From assembly GCF_000012545.1 (NCBI RefSeq), contig NC_007681.1:1260001-1292000 (forward strand): a DNA stretch of 32,000 nt. Reading direction: 5' to 3'. Under the pieces are notes generated by a model. That model saw only the letters and a program-made list of their open reading frames with translations. It was not told where the DNA came from and did not search any database. The translations under genes were made by a program, and so were the position numbers. Positions 18,957 to 28,192 of this stretch are shown in pieces (the stretch's first letter is position 1; the number at the start of each line of letters is the position of its first letter). The DNA comes from Methanosphaera stadtmanae DSM 3091. GTDB taxonomy: Archaea; Methanobacteriota; Methanobacteria; Methanobacteriales; Methanobacteriaceae.

Positions 18957-19262
18957 AAAATTTTAAATTTAATATTTAAAAGTGTTAAATCTATTTTATT
19001 TAATTAAAAATAAATTTCACTATGCTTTTATTATGTTTACCTTAATAAATATAATTTACTTAAACAAATATCAATTAAGTTATTATTTAATAAATAACAT
19101 AAAAAAAGTTTTTTAAATTTAAATATATGCACAAATAATAAATTAATTAACTTTTAATAGAATTATTCAATAAATTTTTAAAAAAAATAAGATAAAAATA
19201 AAAAAAATTATTAAACTAGTACATAAAAATGACTAAACAAAAAAAAAGATAAAAAAATAGAA

Positions 19263-20213
19263 TTATATGGATTTATATAATCTGTTGGCATTATTTTTAT
19301 ACCAGTTAACAGTTTCTTCCATTGCATCTTCAAATGTCCATTTAGGTTCCCATCCTAATTTTTTAGTTTTAGATGCATCAAGAGAATATCTTCTATCATG
19401 ACCTAATCTATCATCAACATGTGTAATTAGACTTTCTGGTTTATTTAATTTTTCAAGTATTAGTTTGGTTATTTCAAGATTATTTCTTTCATTACCTCCA
19501 CCAATATTATATACTTCACCAATTTTACCTTTATGTAGTACAGTATCTACACCAGCACAGTTATCTTCCACATATATCCAGTCACGTACATTTTTTCCAT
19601 CCCCATATACTGGTAATGATTCATTATGTATAGCTTTAAGAATAAATAATGGTATTAATTTTTCAGGGAATTGTCTTGGTCCAAAATTATTACTACTTCT
19701 TGTTATCATAACTGGTATATCATATGTTTTATAATATGCATTAACTAGTAAATCTCCACCAGCTTTACTAGCAGAATATGGGCTTGAAGGATCGATATTA
19801 TCTGTTTCTTTAAAAGAACCATCTAAAATACTACCATAAACTTCATCTGTTGAAATTTGAATATATTTTTCCACATCATATTTTCTAACTAATTCTAGAA
19901 GATTTTGTGTTCCTAAAACATCAGATTTAACAAATGATGCAGGATCTGTAATTGATTTATCAACATGTGTTTCTGCTGCAAAATTAACAACATAATCAGC
20001 ATCCTTCATAGCTTCAGATGCTTCTTTTTCACTTGCAATATCTCCTTTAATGAATTTTAAATCCACTCCTTCAATATTTGTCATATCTCCAGCATAAGTC
20101 AATTTATCTAAAACAGTTATTTCATAGTCATCATATTTATTTGCTATGTAATGAACAAAGTTTGAACCTATAAATCCTGCTCCACCAGTTATCATTATCT
20201 TCAAAGTACTCAC
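19263..20213 (-). CDS. rfbB: dTDP-glucose 4,6-dehydratase
   Basis: Motifs: ITGGAGFIGSNFV (Rossmann), STDEVYG, and YSASKAGGD (catalytic YxxxK). The length of about 316 aa is typical of RmlB. The ORF starts at GTG 20213. The TTG at 20204, preceded by GGTGA, would give MKIMITGG and may be the true start. Confidence 0.9.
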   Translation of the reverse strand: MSTLKIMITGGAGFIGSNFVHYIANKYDDYEITVLDKLTYAGDMTNIEGVDLKFIKGDIASEKEASEAMKDADYVVNFAAETHVDKSITDPASFVKSDVLGTQNLLELVRKYDVEKYIQISTDEVYGSILDGSFKETDNIDPSSPYSASKAGGDLLVNAYYKTYDIPVMITRSSNNFGPRQFPEKLIPLFILKAIHNESLPVYGDGKNVRDWIYVEDNCAGVDTVLHKGKIGEVYNIGGGNERNNLEITKLILEKLNKPESLITHVDDRLGHDRRYSLDASKTKKLGWEPKWTFEDAMEETVNWYKNNANRLYKSI

Positions 20214-20293
20214 CCTTCTAATATTTATTAAATATATAAATTTTAATCATTATAATATTATAAATATATATAGTTTTGTTTATTAATAATTAT

Positions 20294-20537
20294 CTCACTG
20301 TCAGAAGTTCAGTGAATATATACTTTCATTATCCCAAAATGTTAGTGTTAGTTTTACTCGTGTTTCTACTCTTTTAAATGTTTTATTTTTCTTTACATGT
20401 TTTAACATTATTTTTAGAAACATATTTTCTAATCCTACTAGTTCTTTCTATTTTTGAATCTTCACAATTTTCTTTATGTTTTTGAGATAGGGCAGTATAG
20501 TTTTTCATACATCTATTGTTGGTTTATAATATTTTTA
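20294..20537 (-). mobile_element. Truncated copy (3' about 245 bp) of the IS-like element at 28193-28983
   Basis: By eye it is about 90% identical to 28194-28437 in the same orientation. It starts at the terminal sequence tcactgtcagaagttcagtg. The - strand reads ...NNRCMKNYTALSQKHKENCEDSKIERTSRIRKYVSKNNVKTCKEK* (a transposase-C-terminus-like remnant). The outer end lies 80 bp upstream of rfbB. Confidence 0.5.
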
Positions 20538-20567
20538 GTCACATTTAATTTAAGTTTATATTAATTC

Positions 20568-20665
20568 TGAATTATACTCTTTTTATTTCTTAATATTTTT
20601 CTTAAAATTAGTTTTTTATAATAATACATTATTATTTGGTGTTTATTTTATGTAAAATAGTTATT
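20568..20665 (+). repeat. Copy 1 of an approximately 95-bp direct repeat (repeat B) flanking the third adhesin gene
   Basis: ctgaattatactctttttatttcttaatatttttcttaaaattagttttttataataatacattattatttggtg... matches 26866-26963 with roughly 10 substitutions by eye. Confidence 0.7.
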
Positions 20666-20883
20666 ATATATATTACTATTTTAAAATTTATTAATACTTA
20701 AATTTTTAATTAAAATTCATTTCAAGTGTAAAATCTGATTTTATAGTAATTAAAATTTCAAAAATTATGTTATGAATATTAGCCTTTTTTTACAAAGCTA
20801 TTATTATAATAGAAAAAGAGGACTTTAATTGGATTATTCTTACCTTTATTCTCAAATCTTATTCTATTTTATTTTTTAAAGAA

Positions 20884-20916
20884 ACAAAAAAAATGAATGA
20901 AGAGTAAAAAAACTCC
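20884..20916 (-). terminator. Short hairpin plus T8 tract downstream of the third adhesin gene
   Basis: The - strand reads GAGGAGuuuuuuuaCUCUUC (6-bp stem with one G-U pair) immediately after the stop, then cauucaUUUUUUUUg. Confidence 0.35.
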
Positions 20917-23900
20917 TCATGATTTTACAACAGTAAGTGTTGTGTTTCCTTCACTTCTTTCATATAATTTATGTCCATATACACATGATAAAGTATATTC
21001 CTTGGATTTTAATGTTGAAGGTAGGGTATATGTTATTGAAGCCACACCATTTTCTACTATTGCATAAATTACATTATTATTACTATCTTTTAAAGTTCTA
21101 CCATTAATTTTAAAAATTACTCGTCCACCAGTTACCTTGTTGTTTGTTTGAGAATTTTCATTGATTATTTCATTTGTAATTTTTGCTGTTATTGTTATTT
21201 GTGATTTTTCTTCTGCTGTCTGTGGTTCTAATTCAATATGTGCTTTTGCCTTAGTAATATTCATAACATCAGTATAGGTAGAACCAAGTATAATACCATT
21301 ACCACTATAAACTGTGGTTATAGTAGGGTTTTGTCTTAACCAGTTAGAATTCACTATAACATTTTCAATTACAGCTTTACCATCAACTACTTTAACATAT
21401 TGTATGTTTCCATCTGCATCTTTTAATGTTTTACCATTAACTTTAAATACAACACGTCCACCATTAACATTATTACCATTAAATGTAATGGAAGAAGACA
21501 CATTAATTACATTATTAAGACATGAAACTATAGGATTCATGGTAATACTAGCAACAGCATCAGCATACTCGAGGATACCAGTTGTATTTACTTGTTCTAA
21601 GGAAAACATATCTAAAGGATCTTCAGCTTCTTCGTTCTGAATCCAATTTAAGTGGGCGTATTTTCCACTATCACATGTATAATTTACGTTTATAGTGTAA
21701 TTTCCTGTTTCAATTGGTTTGTATTTTATTGATGCAAGACCATCTTTTACAGTTGCAGTGCCTATTTCAGTATCATTAATTTTTACAGATACAATTCCTT
21801 CATTAATTTTATTACCAAATAAATCAACAACAGTTATATTAATATAATTATCAAGATTTTTATACAATTTATTAGGAAATACTGTGTTAATAGCAGTTAC
21901 CATATTTTCTTCAGAAGGTATATTGCCCATAACTGGTACTTCCTCAGAGTTTACTAATTTTATTGTATTATCTCCCTTTACAAAAGGAGTTTCTAGATAA
22001 TTAAATATAACCATAGGTTGTTCACCATCATCTGGCATAGTAGTATTTTCTAAATAAATTATCGATTCATTTGATGGTTCATCTACAGTAACAATTGATG
22101 CTAGTAAAAATATTGTAGAATTATTTCCTATAATTATTGGAGTAGCAATTTTAGTTTTAACAGTAATATTTGAAAATATAAAACCAACATAACGATTTTT
22201 GTTACTTATATTTAAAATCATAGCTTCTTCACAATCCATGTTTAGTGTAATATAACTTAATCCAATATCTTTTGATTCATTATTGAAAATAGTACCTTTT
22301 TTAGATTCCATATTTATTGTAATATTATTAAAAGCTACATTTGTCTCATCGTTTTTAGTGATAAGAGTACAATCAGATGTTTTATTCTTTTGAGATAAAT
22401 ATCCTCCTTCAAAGTATATACTAAAATCATATTTACCATTTATTTCAATTAATGATTCTCTTTCATCAGTATTTACAATATTGATATTATTTATACTTAC
22501 AGTACCACTAGATTTTCCTTTGAATGATACTGTTGAATTGTATAATGTATAATTATTTGGATTATTGAAGTGATTTAAACTATTGTTGATTGTTATATTT
22601 TTATTATATAAGTCAGATCCTAATGTAATTTCTGTTATTGATGAATTTATTACTCCATTTTCATCGAAGTATTGATTGTAGTTGTCGTTGGTGATTGTTT
22701 CTGTTTTAATACTTTTTGTTTTCGAAGATAAAGTTAATACGGTATTAGGTGTATTATTTTCAACATATATATTATTATTATAAACATATTCCTTTGTTAT
22801 AGCATTATCTCCACAGCTATATGGACTTTGTAAATAATTGTAACGTACATATACTTTTTTACCTGCCAAAATTTTTTTTAATACTCCGTGTATTATACTT
22901 ACATTTGTGTTTTCGTGTACTATTATTGTGTTGTTTTCAATATATGTTTTATCGAGGTTATTAAACATTATTGCTTGTGTTGGTGTTGTTGTGTGTGTTG
23001 TTATGTTATTTGATGCTATTTTTATGTTTTCTCCTTTGGTTGCTGTTAGTGCTGTTGCTTTTGTTGAGTTTATTGTTATTTTATTGTTGTATATGTTTGT
23101 GTTTGTTGCTGTTGTTAGTGTTATTGCTGTTATTATGTTTCCTGTTGCTGTTATTGTGTTGTTGGTTATTGTTGCTTGTACTCCATTGACTGTTATTATT
23201 TTTGCTTCATTATTATTATCAATATTAATGTTAGTATTGTTTATTGTTGCTGCCATGTTTATTATTATTGTGTTTGTTCTTGTATCTGTATTTACTATGT
23301 TTAGATTATTTATTGTTGCTATTTTGTTTAGTGTTATTGTTGTGTTGTATATTGTGTATTTATTTGGATTTTCTATTGTTACTTCTTTGTTAAATATCAT
23401 ATTTTTGTTGTATATGTCTGATGTTAATACTATTGTATTTAAATCAAATTGGTATATGTTGTTTGTGAAGTATGTGTTGTAGTTGTTGTTTGTTAAATAT
23501 AATACATTGTTTATTGTTGGCGTGTTATTTAGTAGTGTGTTGTTTTGGCAATTGTTTTGTATTATGGTGTTGTCTGCTCCATTTAATTGTTTGTTGTTTA
23601 GTAGTATGTTGTCTTTGATTATGCTGTTGTTTGTATTGTTTAGTATTATTGTGTATAGGTTGTCTGTGGTTATGTTTGTTCCTGTTATGTTTATATTTTG
23701 TGAGTCTGTTATTAGTATTGGTGTGTTTATTGTGTTTATTGTTGTATTTTCAACATAGTCTTCTTTAACTAGTTTTCCTATGTATATGTTACTAGAGTTT
23801 GTTATTTGTGCATAGTTTCCTTGACTGTTGTATTTTATTGTGTTGATTGTTTTTTGTATGTATTTTATTCCATTTACTTGTGTTTGTGTTGAGTTTACTA

Positions 23901-26607
23901 TGTTAAATACAGTGTTTGTTGGTTTTAATACATCATATCCAGTGTTTAATGTTCCTGTTTTACCATTGATATATGGTGATATATAACTTATTTCAGTATT
24001 ATTTGCTTTAAATAAGCCAATCATTGTCACATAATTTCCATGTAAATAATAGGAGCTACTAGAATCATTTGATGATATTCTTGTATTATTGGTATTGTAT
24101 AATTCAATTCCATATATGATGTTTGAGGTTATATTGCTTATTGTTAATTCACTAATTATGTTATTGTTTGATGTTTGGTTATTTCCTGTTATTATTACAC
24201 CGTATGCAATATTCTGTGAGTTTATGGTTACTTTTGCATTTATATCATTATTATGGGAATCTACAACTTGTATAGCATTTGCATAATTATCTGAAAATAC
24301 ATTAATTATATTATTAGTAATTACGTTATCATCAGTATTTAATAGATTTAATGAGTATGCATATGCATTTGATTGTGTTGTTATTGTATTGTTTAATAAT
24401 GTGTTGTTTGTGTGTCTGGTGATATTATCTTGTATTGACACTCCTATTGTTGTTCCATATGGTTGTGTTGTTGTATAATTAGTTTTAAATACATTTGATT
24501 CTATGTTGTTTTTTGATGATTGTATATGTAATCCTATTGTATCTGCAACACCATAACTACCAGTATAGTTTATGTTATTGGATGGCCCATTTGTTGTTAT
24601 TGTATTATTATATATGTTGTTTTCATCAGCTAGGAGTATAATTGTGTGTATTGGTGTGTTTGTGTTTACTGTTATGTTGTTTGCTTCGATGTTATTGTAT
24701 TTTGAGTTGATTTTTATTACATAATCTTTATCATTGGTATTTTGTATGTTTAGTCCATAAATTGTTGTTTTTGCAGTACTATCAACATAGATTGAACAAT
24801 TTCTAAGAATTGATCCATCAATACTTGTAATAAATACTCTTAGATTTTTTATGTTAAATTGTTTGTTATTTAATGATTGTAGATTTAAACGACTACCATT
24901 ACTTATAAGTGTGTCTTGTATATTTCCTTCACTATCAAAGTAGGTATTATAATTATCATCAGTAATTGTAATATTTTCTCCAGAATCAACAATATTATCT
25001 GATACAATATTATCATTTGTGGATTTCACAGCCATATTTCCAGTAAAAATGGAAGCAGAAATATTATTACTTCTTATACTATTATTAAAAGCATTATTTG
25101 TTAATTCAACAGTGTATGATCTATTACTTGTTAAATTATTATTTAAAATAACACTATTATTACCATTAATATATACAAGTCCTTGGATATTGTTATTTTC
25201 TACTGTATTATATCCATTAAGATATAAACCATAAGCACTTGTTGGAACTGTTATATTGTTGTTTGTTATTTGTGTATTAGCTTGACCAAGGTTATATATT
25301 GCAAAGGTTATCAGTTTTCTAAAATTAAGACTGTAGAATAAGCTAGAGCCTTTCATATCACTAAAACATGAATTTTCAATGACACGATTAAATGAACTAT
25401 TAAACACGTCATCATTAGCAATATAAATTCCAGTACTATTTTTAAATACACATTCATTCACATAAAGGTTTCCTTTTCCTTGGTATATGTCTGTTTGTTC
25501 ATTGTTTTCAAATGTACACTTGGTTATGTTTGTAATGAGTGTTACTGATCCATTATGTTGGTTGTAGAAGTCTGCACTTCCCGTGTTTGCTGCAATTCCA
25601 CTTCCAAATTTAAATGTACTTGCAAGGTTGTATGCATGTCCATTACGGAATGTTGAGTTTACTATGGTTAGTACTTTATCATTGGTTACTGTTCCCCATC
25701 TTGCTGCATTATCTATAAATTGACTGTTATGTATTGTTGCTGTACCATTATTGTATATTCCAGCTCCAAAGTTACCTGTACTACTACTTTTACGGTTGGA
25801 TTCAAATATACTGTTGTTTACAACTAGTGTGGAACCATCATTACTTCTTATTCCTGCTCCTACTCCTGCAAGATTTTCATAGAAATATACATTATCTACT
25901 TCAAGATTTGCATAGTTATCTATTGTTGCTGTAGGATATGCATTGATATTGTTTCCACCTTTACTTACCATGTGTTGGAAGTTTAGGTTTTTTATGGTTA
26001 TTTTACCATTACCTGAGGTTATGTTCATTGCCCAGTTACCTTTTGTTATGTTGTATGTGTTAAAGTATGGGTCATCTCCCCAAACTGTTCCTCCTTGTAT
26101 GGTATATTCACTTTCTCCATCAATGATTGTTTGATTTATTCCATCACCAATAAAGTTAATGTATTTATTACCATCTATTGTTAGATTTGTATTTCCTGTA
26201 CCTTTATATGTACCATTTTTAATGTGGATGTTGTAATTATCATTGGAATTTACCTTTCCAACTGCATATCCTATGGTTTTAAAGGGATTGTCTTGACTTC
26301 CAGTATTACTATCACTTCCACTATTATCACAGACATAATAGTCTACATTACTGGTTTCTTTTTTTATTGTTTTTTTATTATCTGTTTTTTCTTTTGTTTG
26401 AATATTTTCACTATTTTTAGATAATACCTTATTATCAGTAGTATCTTCTTTTATAACATTACTCATACTTACTTGTTTTTCAACAGTAACTGTTGGTGAT
26501 GTGGTTGTCGAGTTTGACACATCACCTGCACTTATTGCTGAAATACTAATAAGAAGTAATGATACGAGTATAAGTAAAAATACTTCTTTACTATACTTTT
26601 TAAACAT
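20917..26607 (-). CDS. Giant secreted Asn/Thr-rich adhesin-like protein (multiple beta-helix blocks plus C-terminal Ig-like domains)
   Basis: GAGGT lies about 10 nt upstream of ATG 26607. The signal peptide ends in SAISAGDVSNST. There are at least four beta-helix blocks, three of them introduced by a (I/L)T(x)(D/N)NYN(T/Q)YF module. The C-terminal domains of about 95 aa resemble those of the other two adhesins. Confidence 0.88.
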   Translation of the reverse strand: MFKKYSKEVFLLILVSLLLISISAISAGDVSNSTTTSPTVTVEKQVSMSNVIKEDTTDNKVLSKNSENIQTKEKTDNKKTIKKETSNVDYYVCDNSGSDSNTGSQDNPFKTIGYAVGKVNSNDNYNIHIKNGTYKGTGNTNLTIDGNKYINFIGDGINQTIIDGESEYTIQGGTVWGDDPYFNTYNITKGNWAMNITSGNGKITIKNLNFQHMVSKGGNNINAYPTATIDNYANLEVDNVYFYENLAGVGAGIRSNDGSTLVVNNSIFESNRKSSSTGNFGAGIYNNGTATIHNSQFIDNAARWGTVTNDKVLTIVNSTFRNGHAYNLASTFKFGSGIAANTGSADFYNQHNGSVTLITNITKCTFENNEQTDIYQGKGNLYVNECVFKNSTGIYIANDDVFNSSFNRVIENSCFSDMKGSSLFYSLNFRKLITFAIYNLGQANTQITNNNITVPTSAYGLYLNGYNTVENNNIQGLVYINGNNSVILNNNLTSNRSYTVELTNNAFNNSIRSNNISASIFTGNMAVKSTNDNIVSDNIVDSGENITITDDNYNTYFDSEGNIQDTLISNGSRLNLQSLNNKQFNIKNLRVFITSIDGSILRNCSIYVDSTAKTTIYGLNIQNTNDKDYVIKINSKYNNIEANNITVNTNTPIHTIILLADENNIYNNTITTNGPSNNINYTGSYGVADTIGLHIQSSKNNIESNVFKTNYTTTQPYGTTIGVSIQDNITRHTNNTLLNNTITTQSNAYAYSLNLLNTDDNVITNNIINVFSDNYANAIQVVDSHNNDINAKVTINSQNIAYGVIITGNNQTSNNNIISELTISNITSNIIYGIELYNTNNTRISSNDSSSSYYLHGNYVTMIGLFKANNTEISYISPYINGKTGTLNTGYDVLKPTNTVFNIVNSTQTQVNGIKYIQKTINTIKYNSQGNYAQITNSSNIYIGKLVKEDYVENTTINTINTPILITDSQNINITGTNITTDNLYTIILNNTNNSIIKDNILLNNKQLNGADNTIIQNNCQNNTLLNNTPTINNVLYLTNNNYNTYFTNNIYQFDLNTIVLTSDIYNKNMIFNKEVTIENPNKYTIYNTTITLNKIATINNLNIVNTDTRTNTIIINMAATINNTNINIDNNNEAKIITVNGVQATITNNTITATGNIITAITLTTATNTNIYNNKITINSTKATALTATKGENIKIASNNITTHTTTPTQAIMFNNLDKTYIENNTIIVHENTNVSIIHGVLKKILAGKKVYVRYNYLQSPYSCGDNAITKEYVYNNNIYVENNTPNTVLTLSSKTKSIKTETITNDNYNQYFDENGVINSSITEITLGSDLYNKNITINNSLNHFNNPNNYTLYNSTVSFKGKSSGTVSINNINIVNTDERESLIEINGKYDFSIYFEGGYLSQKNKTSDCTLITKNDETNVAFNNITINMESKKGTIFNNESKDIGLSYITLNMDCEEAMILNISNKNRYVGFIFSNITVKTKIATPIIIGNNSTIFLLASIVTVDEPSNESIIYLENTTMPDDGEQPMVIFNYLETPFVKGDNTIKLVNSEEVPVMGNIPSEENMVTAINTVFPNKLYKNLDNYINITVVDLFGNKINEGIVSVKINDTEIGTATVKDGLASIKYKPIETGNYTINVNYTCDSGKYAHLNWIQNEEAEDPLDMFSLEQVNTTGILEYADAVASITMNPIVSCLNNVINVSSSITFNGNNVNGGRVVFKVNGKTLKDADGNIQYVKVVDGKAVIENVIVNSNWLRQNPTITTVYSGNGIILGSTYTDVMNITKAKAHIELEPQTAEEKSQITITAKITNEIINENSQTNNKVTGGRVIFKINGRTLKDSNNNVIYAIVENGVASITYTLPSTLKSKEYTLSCVYGHKLYERSEGNTTLTVVKS

Positions 26608-26865
26608 TATACTAACCTCTTACTGGCTTTGTATTATTATAAGTAATTCTTTAATTGATAGTACAACTATCCCAAAATAATATTATTAATAAAATATACT
26701 TGAAAATTATTAATTAATAGTTTAAAGTATTACTTAATTAATATTATTTAAAAGTTATTTTATTTAAAATTAATTTTATTTTAATTTTTAGATTTATCTA
26801 AAACATTTCATTGTTTTTGGTAGTTTTGAATTATTTAGCCCCTTTGATTTATTTTTATTATAATC

Positions 26866-26963
26866 CCGAACCATACTCATTTTATTTCTTAATATTTATC
26901 TTAAAACTAGTTTTTTATAATAATACATTATTATTTAGTCTTTATTCCATGTAAGAAATGTTA
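26866..26963 (+). repeat. Copy 2 of repeat B
   Basis: cccgaaccatactcattttatttcttaatatttatcttaaaactagttttttataataatacattattatttagtc... matches 20568-20665 in the same orientation. It lies between the inverted 12-13-mers TAGCCCCTTTGAT (26836-26848) and ATCAAAGGGCTA (27189-27200). Confidence 0.7.
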
Positions 26964-27265
26964 GTAGATATTAATATTTAAATACAATAACATATATGTA
27001 GAATATTAGTGAATTACATGAAACATTATATGTATTTTAGCAAACATTCAATATACATAAAAATCCACAAATATACACCAGAATCATTCATAAAAGACAT
27101 ACCTCCAGGCGTATTATTAATAAAACAAATAATAAATACAACAGAAAATACAAAAACGGCATTACAATAGTTAAGTCAACAATGACTTATCAAAGGGCTA
27201 AAAATATATTACTAGTATTAATAACTACCTAAAAAACATATATTTAAAAGAAGTAATAGTTTAAT

Positions 27266-28126
27266 ATGAAATTCTTTATAACAGGTGGTAGTGGTTTACT
27301 TGGTGAAAGATTAGCCACAATAGCAAGTAATGATGATGAGATTGTATTATCACATAATTCAAATCCAACAAAAAACACTATAAAATGTGATATTACAGAT
27401 AAAAATGAAGTTGAAAAAGTAATAAATAAAAATAAACCAGACACTATAGTTCATTGTGCTGCTATGACAGATGTAGATTTATGTGAAGATGAAATAGACA
27501 TAGCTTATAGAATTAATAGTGATGGAACAAGAAATATGGCCCAAGCTGCTGAAAATATTGGTGCTAAAATTATATATGTATCAACAGACTTTGTATTTGA
27601 TGGAGATAAAGGTTACTATAGTGAAGATGATGAAGTAAATCCCCTTGGAATCTATGCAAAATCTAAATATGATGGAGAAGTTCAATTAAAAAAATACAGT
27701 ACTAACTGGGCAATTGCACGTGTAAGTGTATTGTATGGATGGCATAAAAAAGCAAACTTCACAACATGGGTTATAAATCAACTACGTAGTAATAATTCAA
27801 TAAATATTGTAACTGATCAAATTAACTCACCAACCTATGCAGATAATGCTGGTGAAGCTATATTTGAAATAGCAAAACAAGATAAAAATGGTATTTATCA
27901 TACAGCAGGTAATGATAGAATAAATAGATTTGATTTTACACAGAAAATTGCCGAAGCATTTAATTTAAATAAGGATTTAATTAATCCAACAACAAGTGAT
28001 AAATTCATTCAAAAAGCACCAAGACCAAGAGATTCTTCCTTGAATGTTAATAAAATTAAAAAAGAATTGGGTTTTACTATGGAAACATGTAGTGAATCAT
28101 TAGAAAGAATGGCTAATTGTAAATAA
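27266..28126 (+). CDS. rfbD: dTDP-4-dehydrorhamnose reductase
   Basis: Motifs: FITGGSGLLG (Rossmann), STDFVFDG, and YAKSKYDGE (YxxxK). The length of 286 aa is typical of RmlD. Confidence 0.85.
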   Translation: MKFFITGGSGLLGERLATIASNDDEIVLSHNSNPTKNTIKCDITDKNEVEKVINKNKPDTIVHCAAMTDVDLCEDEIDIAYRINSDGTRNMAQAAENIGAKIIYVSTDFVFDGDKGYYSEDDEVNPLGIYAKSKYDGEVQLKKYSTNWAIARVSVLYGWHKKANFTTWVINQLRSNNSINIVTDQINSPTYADNAGEAIFEIAKQDKNGIYHTAGNDRINRFDFTQKIAEAFNLNKDLINPTTSDKFIQKAPRPRDSSLNVNKIKKELGFTMETCSESLERMANCK

Positions 28127-28192
28127 GATGGATTTTTTTCATCTTATACTATAAAGTCATTAACTATTTATAAATAGAAGAAGTCACTCTCA

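Noticed and set aside
18957-19262. Riboswitch (TPP or cobalamin) in the leader of the ECF operon
   Set aside because: The 300-bp leader is almost pure A/T. It has no GC-containing helices and no CUGAGA / ACCUGAUCUGGAUAAUGCCAGCG-type TPP boxes on the - strand.
17000-19734. Antisense ORFs 17000-17233 and 19465-19734 opposite the ABC ATPase and rfbB genes
   Set aside because: They lie opposite strongly motif-supported genes, and their products show no motifs.
22907-26424. Long + strand ORFs (up to 191 aa) opposite the third adhesin gene
   Set aside because: They are a compositional artefact. The + strand there is A-poor, so stop codons are rare. The products are Leu/Val/Phe/Cys low-complexity strings. 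The underlying cause is reported as a codon-usage finding instead.
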